NCBI GenBank assembly: GCA_032718475.1
Contig: JAUCBJ010000042.1
Location: 1-64,000, forward strand
Origin: Nemertoderma westbladi
Taxonomy: Eukaryota > Animalia > Xenacoelomorpha
Direction of reading: 5' to 3'
DNA: 64,000 nt
Numbering within the stretch: the first letter of the stretch is position 1; every line of letters starts with the position of its first letter. Of the stretch, positions 11,560-24,554 are shown piece after piece. The notes beneath the pieces were generated by a model, which was not told where the DNA came from, made no database searches, and worked only from the letters and a program-made list of their open reading frames with translations. Made by a program: the position numbers and the translations under genes.

Positions 11560-13579
11560 ATATGTTAGTAGTGGAAGATATGTTCCAGATATTTATAAAA
11601 ACGCACAGAAAAATGATTTTGTTTTGAGTGACCTCTTGCGCTGCGATTTTGATACAGACTAAAAATTTCTTTTGTGTTGTTTTAATCGTAATTATTTTGG
11701 GCATTTCAGTTAGGTCGGCTTTAATTCTACGAATTTCCAGTGGTTCTTCATTTAAATGTAACAAGCGATCGCTATATGAATAATTTTTCATACCAGGTAA
11801 ATGTCTAACGAAATCTCTTTGAACTCGTTCTAAAATGTTGATGTCACGATCAATAGAAGGATTCCATATTGGAGAGTTGAATTCCAGAATAGGTCATGCA
11901 AAAACTTTGAATAAATTGATTTGAAAATTTGCCGAAAGCTTGCCGTATTTGAAAACATATCTTTCTGGCCTTACCTGAAATAATTTGAATGTGTTCGCTG
12001 AACCGTAAGTCGTCTGATACTTCAATGCCGAGGTTCGCGACCGGAAGGTTTATTCTCAATGGTGACGCTGTTCATAGTGTACGAAGGAATACGATCTGAT
12101 CAAGGAGATTGCAAGGAGACAACATGACATTTCTTAATATTAAAATATAGTTGCCATGTCGCTGACCATGTACATATAGTGTCGATGTCGAATTGCAAGA
12201 CCTGCTCGTCACTGGCTGTAAGGATTCCTCTGTAAAGTTTGGTGTCATCTGCAGAAGCTTAATACTGGTCCCTGGTGTATGCAATCGCAAATATTTGAAC
12301 AGGATGAATAGCAGTGGCGATATATCACTTCCCTGCGGTACCCCACTGGTTACCGAAATTGCAGATGATAACTTGTCATTGATTTTTGTCCGTTGGGTGC
12401 GACCAGAGATAAGAAGGATTCCAACCATACTAGAAGATTACCGTCGATCCCATAGCTTTTGAGTTTGCAGATAAGTTTGGGATGGGAAACTCGATCAAAA
12501 GCGCGTTTAAAATCGGTGTACAGGATATCAACTGGTTTACCCAAGTTTCTTATTCTCACCCATTCCGTCTAACATCCCAACAGCTGGGTTAATGTAGATT
12601 TGTTCCTGAGAAACCCATGCTGGTTTTTGGTTATAGCTCCCATAGATATTAAGTAGTCCAGTAGCTGGTCACGGATTATAGATTCAATTGTTTTCACCGA
12701 AGTGACGTTAGTGATATTCCACGGTAGTTTAGGCCATCCGAGCTTGATCCAGCAAGTTTGTAGAATGGAATAACGTTGGATATAATGGAGGATATATAAA
12801 ATAAATATATAATAATGGAGGAACGGTTCTCGTGTCAAAGAATTGTCGGGATAATAGTCGCCCAAGGGGAGCAGCGAAGATGAAACACAACCTGTTGAGG
12901 ACCGGACCTTGTCGGGACCGGTGGCTTTGTTTGGGGACAGTTTCCTTAGTACGTGGAGAACGTTTTCCTCAGTAAAGTGTATTTCCGAAAGACTGAAACC
13001 GTTTGGGTGATCTATACTGTAGGTTTGAGTAGCTCCATCATCAATGGTAAAATTAGCGGAAGAAATTTCGTTAAATAGATTAGCTTTATCAGAGTCTTAT
13101 GTAATTACACTGCCAAGTTGCTGTCTTTCATGAATGGGATAGGGGATCGGCGAACAAGATAACATTTTGCATAATTCCAGAACTGTTTCGAGTTGCGGTT
13201 TATCAGAACTTGGTCGTCATATTTCTGATTACGAGATTGAATTCTTTCATTTAGGTTTCTTTGTAATGCTTCAAGTTTGTCCTTAAGCTAAGTGCTACGT
13301 AATGGGTCAGATGTCAGAAGAGTTCTTGTTCTTACGTTTACTTCTAATTCTGTTGATATTGATATATCTTTTCTGGCGCTGTGATTCTAAATCTAAACGT
13401 GGTTTCTTACGCGATTTTTTTTTGGAACGTAATCATCTTGAGGGATTTAAGAATGAACGTCAAAGACTTCAAATTAGTTTCAGCACTGAAATTGACTAGA
13501 AGAAGACAGAAAGGGCATTGATATAAATAAGTTGAGGGTAAGTGATACAGTTAGATTTCTCGGAACTACGAAGATTACA
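11560..13579 (-). pseudogene. Decayed CR1-clade LINE ORF2 (linker, RT, C-terminus)
   Basis: Frameshifted pieces: NQHGFLRNKSTLTQLL, VDILYTDFKRAFDRVSHPKL, SGVPQGSDISPLLF, YSDRLLHLNEEPLEIRRIKADL. Confidence 0.85.
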
Positions 13580-13749
13580 ATCAGTTCTGGCTGAGTGCCT
13601 GGCACTTCAGTCCTGATGGACTGGTATAGTTACCTGAGCAGCGATATATGTGAGTGCCGCGTTGGAAGTCTGATGCTCTAACCATGTTCTCCACCTGGAC
13701 GTCATTGCTGCCTTTGCAAAAAACAGTACCCAACAAAAAGTTATAATAA

Positions 13750-14413
13750 ATTGGGATCATGGATCCGAAAGTCAGGTAAAGAAAGACCTTCGGATACGTA
13801 AGGGAAAGGCATGGGCAGCGTTAAATAGTCTGTCCAGGATTTGGAAGTCCCATATAATAAAACGGAACCTTAAGGTTCGATTATTTATGGTACTGTAGTA
13901 CTAGTACCAGTAGTACTCTTATATGTGAGTCCATGCTGGGCTCTAACTGCAGAGGATACCAAATCTCTGGATGGCACTTTCAAATGAATGCTGGGCACGC
14001 CGGTTTCATTGTGTCAAGTACAATGAACACATCTCCAATCAGACTCTATAGAACATTGGAGGTGTTCCATTAGTCTCCCCAAGCTTGACATTTGAATGGA
14101 ACCGCCTCCGCTTTGCAGGACATTGTTTTCGCCGTGAAGACCAGCCAGTGCATAATCTTGCTTTGGATGTCTCACATGGTGTGAATAAGAATGGTGGACA
14201 GCCCATAACTATATCGGCCCACATCTTAAAGGACACTGACACTGGCCTTGAAGATGTGAATGATCTAGCAAATGTCATGGGTAGTGATAGTTGCGGCGAC
14301 GAAATTTTGTAGACAAGCCGGCACAGCATTCGTAAATATATTATATGTTATATAAAATATATATTGCAGCTGCAAATGCAGCCTGCCGTTCGTCTGTTCG
14401 TAGTAGTAGTAGT
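13750..14413 (+). mobile_element. Degraded 5'-truncated RTE-clade LINE copy with (TAG)n tail
   Basis: Homologous to the 3' part of the 31313-32725 ORF (NRLRFAGHCFRREDQPVHNL...DKPAQHS); tail at 14401-14413. Confidence 0.85.
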
Positions 14414-15199
14414 TGGCAGGTTGGTAGAGGTGTAATCCTGTCAGACTGTGCATTTGAACGTGTAAGTTCGTAAATTCGTACCTGTTTATGTTTACGAACT
14501 TGTTTATGTTTTATTTTAATGTTTACAAACATGGTACCTAACGGTTTATTTATTTACTTCTATACAGCTGTACAGTAAGTACAAAATATACAGGAAGTAC
14601 AGAAGTCTAGAAGTCTGAACTGGAAGTACTGAAGTACGCAGTACGGTACATGAATGAAGTAGGTATGGCTGTATGGTACCGCGGTACCGGTAACGGCAGA
14701 CAGAACGGTAATGAGCTGTAACTACAAACTACTGCTGCTACTGCAGTAGCTGTATGATGAAAATTCAGAAATTAGTTTAAAAAAACCTTTTTATCTACCG
14801 AACCGATACCGGTAAGCAGGTAAGTGAGATTATCTGATTATCGGACCGGTGATCAGGTAATTCACTGATTTTTAAGAAATACCGGTGGGCCGGCAGCCGG
14901 TAGGAGGGCAGCCCATATTGCAGTAACGCGACTGGTATCGCAGTCTACTACAGTACTAGCAGACTGGTCTAGCTCTAGGCCTCTAGCAGTCTAGCTACAG
15001 AGCTAGCATACCACTGTCAGGGCTATACAGCTCTGTAGCAGCACTGGGCACCACTGCATTATTACGACACCCCAGTAATCCATTTTGCATTCGATATCTC
15101 GTGTGGTTGACAGGTTGATAATAGACTTGTGGTTGTGGCTGTATGCAGGCAGCGCTACGACTGACAACAACGATGTCGACCTAGCAACAGAATGCCCAA

Positions 15200-16290
15200 C
15201 ACCGACTCTAGCTGATGATACAGCAATGATGAAATCTGGTACCACAGTCAGCACCATATCCGTTATACTGACAAAGAATATAAATAACTTAGCAATATGG
15301 CTGATAGACAACAGGCTCAGCATGCACTTAGGATAAGATGTGATCTTATTTGGTACCAGACAGAAGCTGCTTACATCGGATGAATTAAAGATTACAGGTA
15401 ATGGGAATTTAATACCAGTCTCTTCATCAGTGCGTTACCTGGGTTGCCAGCTGGACCAAACATTGTCCAGTAAAGAAATGACCGAAAGTGTAGTAAGGAA
15501 AGGTAACCAGAGGATACGTTTTTTATATCGTCATGCTAATGTACTAGACTCGGGACTGCGTCGAATGCTATGTAAAACCCTCCCCTCATACAACCTTATA
15601 TAGACTAGACTATACTTCAATAAACAGTTAAATTGGTACTTTGGAACAACGGCTAGATGGCGGAAGAAGATAGATGTGCTTCAGCGGAAGTGCATTCGCT
15701 TCTGTCTTTTTCTGGGCGATCGAGTGCACATTGATCATTCACACTACTCTAGAATAAACTGATAAACTGGCTCCCAATCCGTGAAAGGGTTCACCAAGCT
15801 GCCAAGGTGTCGTGACCAGCATGTACAAAATATATGGTGGAACTTCACCTGGCTATCTAACAGAACTCATCATTGAATATTGTGAAACTCGTACCTCTTC
15901 ACGACACTCGACTAAATCAAAAGCAACAATTCCCCACCGGCACACATAACTCGGGCAAAATTCGTTCTTATCACTGGGTCCCCGTCTATGGAATAAGTTG
16001 CCCACAAACGTCACATCGGCAACCAGTGTCGAGTCGTTCAAGCATCTCTTGAAAAATTACTGTTTAGATCGTATTCGTACCACAGACAACGATGACCATG
16101 TATATGGTAAACACCACATTCATATATTTTAACTATTTTAATTTATCATATTCTTTTTTTATCATATATTTAACTATTTTAAGATCATCACCTGTAACTA
16201 TTTAAATGGCAGTTCAATTTTTATTATAATATATTTTTTAACGAGGTCTCCCTGGGAGACGAGGTCTTTGCCTCAAGGGGCATTCCTCGA
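15200..16290 (+). pseudogene. Decayed L2/CR1-group LINE RT C-terminal region and 3' UTR
   Basis: ADDT motif, WLIDNRLSMHLG, ILFGTRQKL, VRYLGCQLDQTLS, RIRFLYR and GPRLWNKLP in broken frames. Confidence 0.75.
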
Positions 16291-16526
16291 GGCTAATATC
16301 AGAATATACACCATACACATTTTAATCTACGTACAATTTTAAATAATCAAGGTACGAGAGGCATACTTTTTAATCTACATACAAATTTTAAATTCAACTT
16401 GTGATTCTCTCTAATTAATTGGTATTATAAATTAAATATTTTCAGTGATTTTAATGTGATTTTAAACCGTGATTTTAACTCTTAACTTAGTCTGCATACA
16501 TTTATAAATTCGATTCGTGATTTTAA

Positions 16527-16570
16527 TTAATTTGTGTTACCGAGCTTAAAAGCTCGGTAACACAAATTAA
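16527..16570. repeat. Perfect hairpin, 21-bp arms, 2-nt loop
   Basis: TTAATTTGTGTTACCGAGCTT-AA-AAGCTCGGTAACACAAATTAA. Confidence 0.95.
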
Positions 16571-16572
16571 AT

Positions 16573-16828
16573 CAACAACTGGTAAAGATATGCACGACAA
16601 ACTGAAAGTAGTTAACACTGATTTAACACAAGGCACAAAATCTAATTAGATAAAATCACAAATTGAATTTTAAAATAATAAGCAGATAAGTATGAGGTTT
16701 TAACCTCATACTTATCTGCTTATTATTTTAAAATTCAATTTGTGATTTTATCTAATTAGATTTTGTGCCTTGTGTTAAATCAGTGTTAACTACTTTCAGT
16801 TTGTCGTGCATATCTTTACCAGTTGTTG
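16573..16828. repeat. Long palindrome, 127-bp arms, 2-nt spacer
   Basis: CAACAACTGGTAAAG...TATGAGGTT-TT-AACCTCATA...CTTTACCAGTTGTTG; no mismatch seen between the arms. Confidence 0.95.
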
Positions 16829-17121
16829 TTTCGTTCCTATACTACAGTACTATATTAGTCCTCAGTGAATAATCTCAATCTCAAGGAGTAGGTTACAGAG
16901 GCGAGTTGGGGGAACCAAAACAATACACGAATGTTAAAACTTGTTACATGATTATGAACACCATATAAAAGTCCTGGGGTGTCGTTATAATGCAGTAGTG
17001 CCCCATCACTGTAGCATGTTGTGTTGATATACCTGTATACTGTAATAAATAATACCGGTACTGTGTAATATATAATATGACAGAATATTTATAGAATACT
17101 TAATAACCCAGCAGCCCAGTA

Positions 17122-20100
17122 ATGGATTCCACCAACCCTTTCAACTGCCAAGTATCCTCGCCTGAACCGGCCGATTCGGGGTCTTCCCAATGGAGTTTAG
17201 ACGAGGCCGCAAAGTCTCTGTATAAACTTGAAGGTCACCATGTCTCTCGTTCAGCCGACTTTACCTTCATAGCGGAGGCTCTTCTCAAACACAACCTCCC
17301 ACTGAGCGCCTTGGAGTTCTACTCCGAGGTTTTGGAGTCCACTGGCTGCGAGATTCCGTCGTTGAGTCGGTATTTCTCGAATCCCGCCAACTTCGAACGA
17401 ATTTGTTTAGTCCCTCCATCGAGTGGGGGCCTCCAACGGACACCGAGTCGCTCCACCATCGACTCACTCGAACTCGCCTGCCACTCGGACGACGGGATAG
17501 TCGGAGGGCGTTGCGACAAGGACTCGGACGCTTCGCGCATCGCCGTTCTAGAATACGAGTTACGAGCCGCCAAGGAAACCATCAGGGAACTCCGGACTAA
17601 TATAACCCAGTCGACCATCGCTTCAGACGGATTCCCACCGGGCCTCATCTCGTCGTCCGGACAAGCTAGTCCGGAGCCGATAAACAATAACCAGGCAATA
17701 AAACCCATAGAAAGGCGATCTTTGAACTTCATTGTTAACGAATATTTGTTGAACAACGGGTATAAACTCACATCGAACACGTTCAGCGACGAGAACCCGG
17801 ACCAAGACCTCGAGGACTGGGACCGAGTCGGATTGAATCTACCGAAACCAATCGAGCTCACCTTCATCTACAACGAGTTCAACCGGCGCTCCCCGGCGGG
17901 TGTTGGGTGTACCGAGGTTGGGTGTCAATGGGAACCGGTGGGTGGTGTCGAGGTTGGGTGCCAGTGGGAGCCGCTAGGTGGTGTCGAGGTTGGGTGTCAG
18001 TGCGATACGGAATCAGTGGAGAGTTTGCGATCAACCGTGGATAGACTTACCAAACAAATAATTACATTACAGTCAGATAGAAACTCATTTATAACAGATA
18101 ATACCGGTACTCGTTTACTTTCAGTTTCAAATCATTTATCGCCTTCTGGGACCGTTGAGTTAGAGACAAAAAATAATAAATCTGAAGTTTCAATAAAATT
18201 AGAAGCAGAATCTTTCGATGTTATAGAAGTACAAAGGGTCGAAACTGAAACTATTAAAGTACAGGTTGTAACTGAAAGTTCGTCTGAACAGACGTCGGAT
18301 TCGCCGAATGACTCGGATGGGTTTAACTCGTCGTCGCCTCGACTCCCGGCGCGGGTGAACCCGTTCAACCGCTCCTCCCAGTTCCTCCCCTCGCTGATCC
18401 TCCGCCAGCGGGAACTGCTTCTCTCTACAGTGCAGACCGCGGACGTCGTCGTCGACGATGACGAGCTGTGGACTGCGGACGAATCCTCCCCGTTCGTCGA
18501 CCTCCTCGCCCAACGCCTCCCCAACATCGTACCCAACGTCCTCCTCGCGAAACGCGACCAACTCATCCCCCTCATCGTCTCCCTCGCCTGTCTGTCGGAC
18601 CGTCACCGCGACTCAATGCTCGGCCTCCTGTTCAACCTGATAAAGAAACCCGACGAAACCCAACGTCGTCTCATCCTGTCAGGGTGTCGGCTGTTCGCGG
18701 AACGCTCGGGGGCGGAACGCGTCGAGGCGGAACTCCTGCCCCAGTGCTGGGAGCAGATCGAGCACCGCCACTGGGAACGCCGACTCCTCGTCGCCGAATC
18801 CTGCGGATACCTCGCTAGGTTCGTCTCCTCCGCGACTCGCTCCTCGCTGCTCCTCTCCATGCTCTTCCAGATGGCGACGGATCGCTCCGAGGCAGTCCGA
18901 CGCGCCGTTGTACTCAACCTCGCGGTCGTAGTCGCAACCGACGACCTCCGCGACTCATCCGACAAACTCCCGCGGGTTTCGGACGCGCTGTACGCGGCGC
19001 TGTCGGATCCGTCGGAGGGAGTCGTAGACGCTGCACTCGGCGGCCTACTCCACGCCGTCGCTCTGTGGAGTCTCGTGGAGGGGGACCTCGTGGCCATGGC
19101 GACCGGGCTGCTAGACCGCGTCAACGCCAACCCTCCCGACGGACAGTCGGTCCTTCTCGTCGGCTTCGAGTCGCTCATCCCGTTGCTGTTGGTCAACGTC
19201 CTGGAATCCTTCGAGGAGGCCGACCCGGACGACTCGTCGCTCACTCACACGATGCGACTCCCCCCGACGGCCTCCCGACTCTCAGACGTTCAGCTAATGT
19301 TCGCCGGGGACTCGCGTCTGTTAGGCTCGCTACTAGGCGCCCTGGACGCCGCCCTAGGGGACCCCGAGGTCCCGCTGGGTCCCGTTCTCGAGCGGCTCAA
19401 CGCGCGGCTCGTACCGTCGTTAGTGACCGCCGTTTCCCGGACACCGCTCCCCGATTCCGGACGACTCTCCCGCCTGATCCTCTCGGTTTGTCGCCACTTC
19501 GGTCGCGGGTTCACTTCCCGCTGCCTCGCTCGCGAGTTCCGCGGACGAGTCGCGCTCCTCGAGGCCGTAGACACCCCCCAGCGGACCGTCTCAGAACTCA
19601 TTAACGGCTGTCTCTTCCCCGTCTTTGTCTCCGGGGTTCTGGTCGCCTTCCAAGGTGACGACGACCGCGACGAGCTCTGTAAGTTCCTCGAGGAATCCGT
19701 CGTTCTCTTCTCCCTCTGTAAATGTAAACCCACCAGTTTGTTTATGAGTTTCTCCTCGGTCGTCGCGGCTTCCCACGTCTACCACGACTCGCTAACCGAG
19801 GTCGTCTGGTCCTGTGTGGTCCACGCGAACCCCGCGGTAAAGACGACGACCTGCGGGGTTATCGATGAGCTTCTCCGATCGAGTTTATCCGAGGGTTTGA
19901 TCGGGAGTAAACTGGTCCCCGCGTTGGTCACACTGTCCACGGACCCCGACGCGTCGGTTCGCATCGCGACCGTCTCGTGTTTCGGCTCGCTGTTGGCTCG
20001 CTGCGCTCCCCACTCGGTCGTCGTCGAGAAGTCCCGCATGCAGTTCGACACGTTCCTGGACGAGGGACTGTCGCCCGACTCCAACTGGTCGATGTTGCTC

Positions 20101-20349
20101 GAGGTTGTCCGCGCGTTCTCGCGGGTTTACGGGGACGTAGACGCGGGATTCCGCGAGGAGTTTATCGTGCCGAAGTTGGCGGTGATCAGTTCGGCGACGG
20201 CGGCCTCCCACGGGGATCCTCCGGGCTACAGGGACACCGTTCTCCTCCTCTTCGAGGCCTACTCCGGGCTGTCCTGCGTCGGACTCAGTGAACGCGCTCA
20301 GACCGACGCCTTTCTATCTGGCCTCGTCTATCTACATCAGGCTATGCAG
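17122..20349 (+). CDS. RELCH: RELCH (RAB11-binding, LisH, coiled-coil and HEAT-repeat protein; KIAA1468), exon 1, 1076 codons
   Basis: N-terminal NPF, ALEFYSEVLE...YFSNPANFER, LisH-type ERRSLNFIVNEYLLNNGYKLTSNTFSDEN, LPNIVPNVLLAKRDQLIPLI and ELLPQCWEQIEHRHWERRLLVAESCG. Phase-0 donor CAG|GTAAAC at 20349/20350. Confidence 0.93.
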
Positions 20350-20572
20350 GTAAACAGATTCATCCCATACATATTATTTTTAATCTGATAATAGTGTCAT
20401 ATCTGTGTCTGTCTAACAATTGTATTTATTATTTATTTATGTTGTTAATCAGTAACAGATTTCAGCATCAAGCCCTGTTTGATCAGTTTCGGTAAAACTT
20501 GTTTACCTTAGAGGCTGGAATCGCGAGCCCAATACGTGTTGGCTGACTGACTGTCGTTATTGAACTGATTAC

Positions 20573-20871
20573 TGACACTAGAACAAAATCGCCTCCGCTT
20601 TGCAGGACATTGCTTTCGCCGTGAGGACCAGCCAGTGCATAATCTTGTGCTTTGGCAGCCTCATGGAGTGAATAAGCATGGTGGACAGCCCATGACTTTC
20701 TTGAGACGCATCTTAAAGGACACTGGTCTTTAAGATGCGGATGATCTAGCAAATGTCATGGGTGATAGGGAGTTGTGGCAGCGCAATTTTGTCGACAAGC
20801 CGGCACAGCATTCTTAATATATATATATAATGCAGCTGCAATGCAGCATGTCGATAGTAGTAGTAGTAGTA
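20573..20871 (+). mobile_element. Short 5'-truncated RTE LINE copy with (TAG)n tail inside the RELCH intron
   Basis: Close match to the reverse complement of 31270-31556. Confidence 0.9.
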
Positions 20872-21031
20872 GGCGTGATCTGTATAACTTTCTCAAAGAT
20901 TTTATCGCACTCTTCTATGATTTTATTAATTAATAGTTAATAAAAACTACAATTTAATTGTACTATTTATATGATTTCCCTTCTGGCCCGCTAATCTCTC
21001 CCGTCAACCGCCTATTATTTTTCTCCCGCAG

Positions 21032-21289
21032 TCGTTCTCGGACGGACACGCCGAGATAGTTGCCAGTATGATCCGGGAAGTCGAAACTCGAATAGAAACC
21101 TCTTCGATTAATTCCTCTCCCGCTCGAGGGCGTCGTCTTAGTAACGATGTCAGCAGTTGTAGCCCTAGCAACCAATCGCAGTCAGACGACACCAAGGCGG
21201 CGAAGTTTATGAAGCATTTCGAACAGCTGAAAGATAAGTCGACAGCGAGTCGGACTAAAGTCGCTTCCATGTTTCAGCGGAAAAAGTAA
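21032..21289 (+). CDS. RELCH: RELCH exon 2 (terminal, 85 aa); predicted protein ~1161 aa
   Basis: Branch-point-like GCTAATC at ~20990, pyrimidine tract and acceptor TTCTCCCGCAG|TCG in phase 0. Gives SFSDGHAEIVASMIREVE...DDTKAAKFMKHF...ASMFQRKK*, matching the conserved RELCH C-terminus (FQRKK). Confidence 0.88.
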   Translation, partial: SFSDGHAEIVASMIREVETRIETSSINSSPARGRRLSNDVSSCSPSNQSQSDDTKAAKFMKHFEQLKDKSTASRTKVASMFQRKK

Positions 21290-21320
21290 CGATTATTTAT
21301 AATTTTTTATATCTTAAAGA

Positions 21321-21326
21321 AATAAA
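21321..21326 (+). promoter_or_regulatory. Candidate polyadenylation signal of RELCH
   Basis: AATAAA ~30 nt after the stop codon. Confidence 0.5.
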
Positions 21327-21496
21327 TTATTTTTGGTGCTAACTGTAGATTATTTCGCTTAGTTCGCATTCCTGATTAATTTAAAATCTTTGATATCTCA
21401 TTCTACATTCTGTACAAATGTTTATAAATGGACTAAAAATGTGACGAAAAAGCTAGAGATCCCATAATTTACAGTTTGTTCATCCCAGATATGAGA

Positions 21497-21838
21497 CCCA
21501 TCCCACACGATGCGTCTTGGTGAGTTGTACAGTACCCATCCCACACGATGCGTCTTGGTGAGTTGTATAGTACCCATCCCACACGATGCGTCTTGGTGAG
21601 TTGTACAGTACCCATCCCACACGATGCGTCTTGGTGAGTTGTACAGTACCCATCCCACACGATGCGTCTTGGTGAGTTGTACAGTACCCATCCCACACGA
21701 TGCGTCTTGGTGAGTTGTACAGTACACATCCCACACGATGCGTCTTGGTGAGTTGTACAGTACCCATCCCACACGATGCGTCTTGGTGAGTTGTACAGTA
21801 CCCATCCCACACGATGCGTCTTGGTGAGTTGTACAGTA
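21497..21838. repeat. Minisatellite, 38-bp unit x9
   Basis: CCCATCCCACACGATGCGTCTTGGTGAGTTGTACAGTA, head to tail with no spacers. Confidence 0.95.
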
Positions 21839-22812
21839 CACACAGACACACATAGAAAATTTCGGGGCACTTTGAAAGTCTAGTTTTGGCTGGAACCAAA
21901 AAACCCCAAATCTGCCTCACACAAGTAAAAGGTCCCATTATGAATGCACCATCTCAGCTCAACAGTCAAACAGCTTAGCTTTTTTCCTCTACTTTATTTA
22001 TTAACTGATAATATTATTGTATACTAACTAACTATATTTCACGTCGTAATACAATATTGTATTATTATTAAACCCTGTAGGATTATTGACTACTTTAGTT
22101 AACCGTTCATATTATTTGTAGTTAATTTGTCGCATATTATTTCATTAATTATGAATTATTGCTTTTCCTTTTTTAATAATTCCAACACTGTTGTGCTACT
22201 TTCTTATTGAACTCTACTCTTTTGGGGTGTACATAATTGCACAATGCGTCAACTGTCTACGATTCCCGTTTGTTCCATTATAAGGCTTTCTGGAAAGAAG
22301 GTAACATTATCGTTACAAAAAAAAATAATTGGATTGGAATGGAATTAAACCAAACTTATGACACAGTAGTTTACCAGTTACTATTTGGCCACGACTATTT
22401 TTACTAATTGGCCCAGGGCACAGTAGCAAAAATGTTTACTGTTAAATGAAGTTTTGCCTTAGGTTGGGCAAGACCAGAAAGTCCGGGACAAGGTCCAACA
22501 GACTAGGACAAGGACATCAGACTTAGACGGGAACTGACAGTGACAGTTCGACCGGTCTCTGTTTTCTTCCATGGGGTGAAAGTCACCCGCCCCTCCCCAA
22601 AATTTTAACGCTAATTAACGACCTTGTTTGGCATCAAGAGAGGACATTTATTTATACGTAAGGTCACAGTTTCATTTTTTAATTTGTCCATCACAATTTA
22701 AATCTTACAGGCTTATTCCGCTTAATATTATTGAGTTGAGACATCATATAAAAAATATACAAAAAAATAAATTATATGACAACGATAATTGCTACGTAGA
22801 ATTTAAAAATTA

Positions 22813-23532
22813 GACACTGTAAGAGCAGCGCTACACTGACACTGTAAGAGCAGCGCTACACTGACACTGTAAGAGCAGCGCTACACTGACACTGTAAGAG
22901 CAGCGCTACACTGACACTGTAAGAGCAGCGCTACACTGACACTGTAAGAGCAGCGCTACACTGACACTGTAAGAGCAGCGCTACACTGACACTGTAAGAG
23001 TAGCGCTACACAGACACTGTAAGAGCAGCGCTACACTGACACTGTAAGAGCAGCGCTACACTGACACTGTAAGAGCAGCGCTACACTGACACTGTAAGAG
23101 CAGCGCTACACTGACACTGTAAGAGCAGCGCTACACTGACACTGTAAGAGCAGCGCTACACTGACACTGTAAGAGCAGCGCTACACTGACACTGTAAGAG
23201 CAGCGCTACACTGACACTGTAAGAGCAGCGCTACACTGACATTGTAAGAGCAGCGCTACACTGACATTGTAAGAGCAGCGCTACACTGACACTGTAAGAG
23301 CAGCGCTACACTGACACTGTAAGAGCAGCGCTACACTGACACTGTAAGAGCAGCGCTACACTGACACTGTAAGAGCAGCGCTACACTGACATTGTAAGAG
23401 CAGCGCTACACTGACATTGTAAGAGCAGCGCTACACTGACATTGTAAGAGCAGCGCTACACTGACACTGTAAGAGCAGCGCTACACTGACACTGTAAGAG
23501 CAGCGTTACACTGACACTGTAAGAGCAGCGCT
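22813..23532. repeat. Minisatellite, 25-bp unit x~29
   Basis: GACACTGTAAGAGCAGCGCTACACT tandem array. Confidence 0.95.
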
Positions 23533-24554
23533 GTTAAAAAACAGTCGGCCCATAAGTTCTAGGGCCTTGTTGCTCTTGGTCGGCTGCACAGTCTGTCTTC
23601 TAATAGGCCTTTCTAGAGTCTGAGGCCATACTGTCACAATGTATTTAAACAAAGCGAAATTAAAATTAATTATCGTTGGGCCACTTTTCTTATCTTTGCG
23701 TTGCGTATTTTCCAGAAAGATATAATATAATATAATATTCTAGAACGCCCACTTTTTTTTATATAAATCCCTACATTCCTTATTGTCGAGAGCAACCAAA
23801 TAATTCATTTCAATATGCACCTGGTTTATTGTTTCATATGTTTGGGTGTTGTTTTACATTTTATCTACTATTTCGTACCTCATTTGTATTAATTATTTAT
23901 TTATAATTATCTGCGACATAATTAAGGATTAATTTTGTATTTTATATTTATTTCGATTATTTAGTATATTTTTAGTGCAATGCTTTACTCTAATCATGAG
24001 CAGCATAGGATCAAGTAAATAATAATGGATTAGCAAACTTGCACTTTATTATTTTCCCTACAGTTGTTCCGTTAGTCAGGTACATTGACCCCACCCCCCC
24101 CCCCCCCCCCCTCCCAAATGTTTCTTCAAATCTTAATGAAATTTGAAACAGAGAGTTTCACTTAACCGTTTGCTGCATGACTTTTTGTTTCAAACGAGAA
24201 AAAATATTTGTAACCTGATTTTAAAAGCACTTTGTACACTAAGTTTGATTCAAAATGAATTTTTCGAAAATATTAACCCTATCAATCAAAAGTTACAGGG
24301 ATATCGTTCTAGAACAACACCATGCGCTCGGAGGACTTTTCGTAAACTATTGTTGGCAATACAATATTCAACTCTACCGGGTTTTCTGCCTCTGCATACT
24401 TTTTTTTGCTTCGGGTTCTGGGGCAATGATTATTATCTGGTTTAAATAGTTTAAAATTTCGAAGGGTTGTTGTTGTACAACGTCATTATACAAAGAATAT
24501 TTAAAATGTATTGATAACGATTATTATGTACCCATTCATTATTTTGTATTGTTC

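Noticed and set aside
12877-13579. Host segmental duplication or novel gene (ORFs 5645-5947 and 13302-13499)
   Set aside because: The shared sequence is CR1 ORF2 on the minus strand; the plus-strand ORFs are incidental. A local duplication of the CR1 piece cannot be excluded.
17285-20291. Many overlapping ORFs inside RELCH
   Set aside because: Expected by-products of GC-rich coding sequence; no recognisable motifs.
20350-20388. ORF-track C-terminus VNRFIPYILFLI for the 1088-aa protein
   Set aside because: Read-through into the intron; the conserved FQRKK end is in exon 2.
21497-23532. CRISPR-like arrays (38- and 25-bp repeats)
   Set aside because: Units are head to tail with no unique spacers, there are no cas genes, and the context is eukaryotic.
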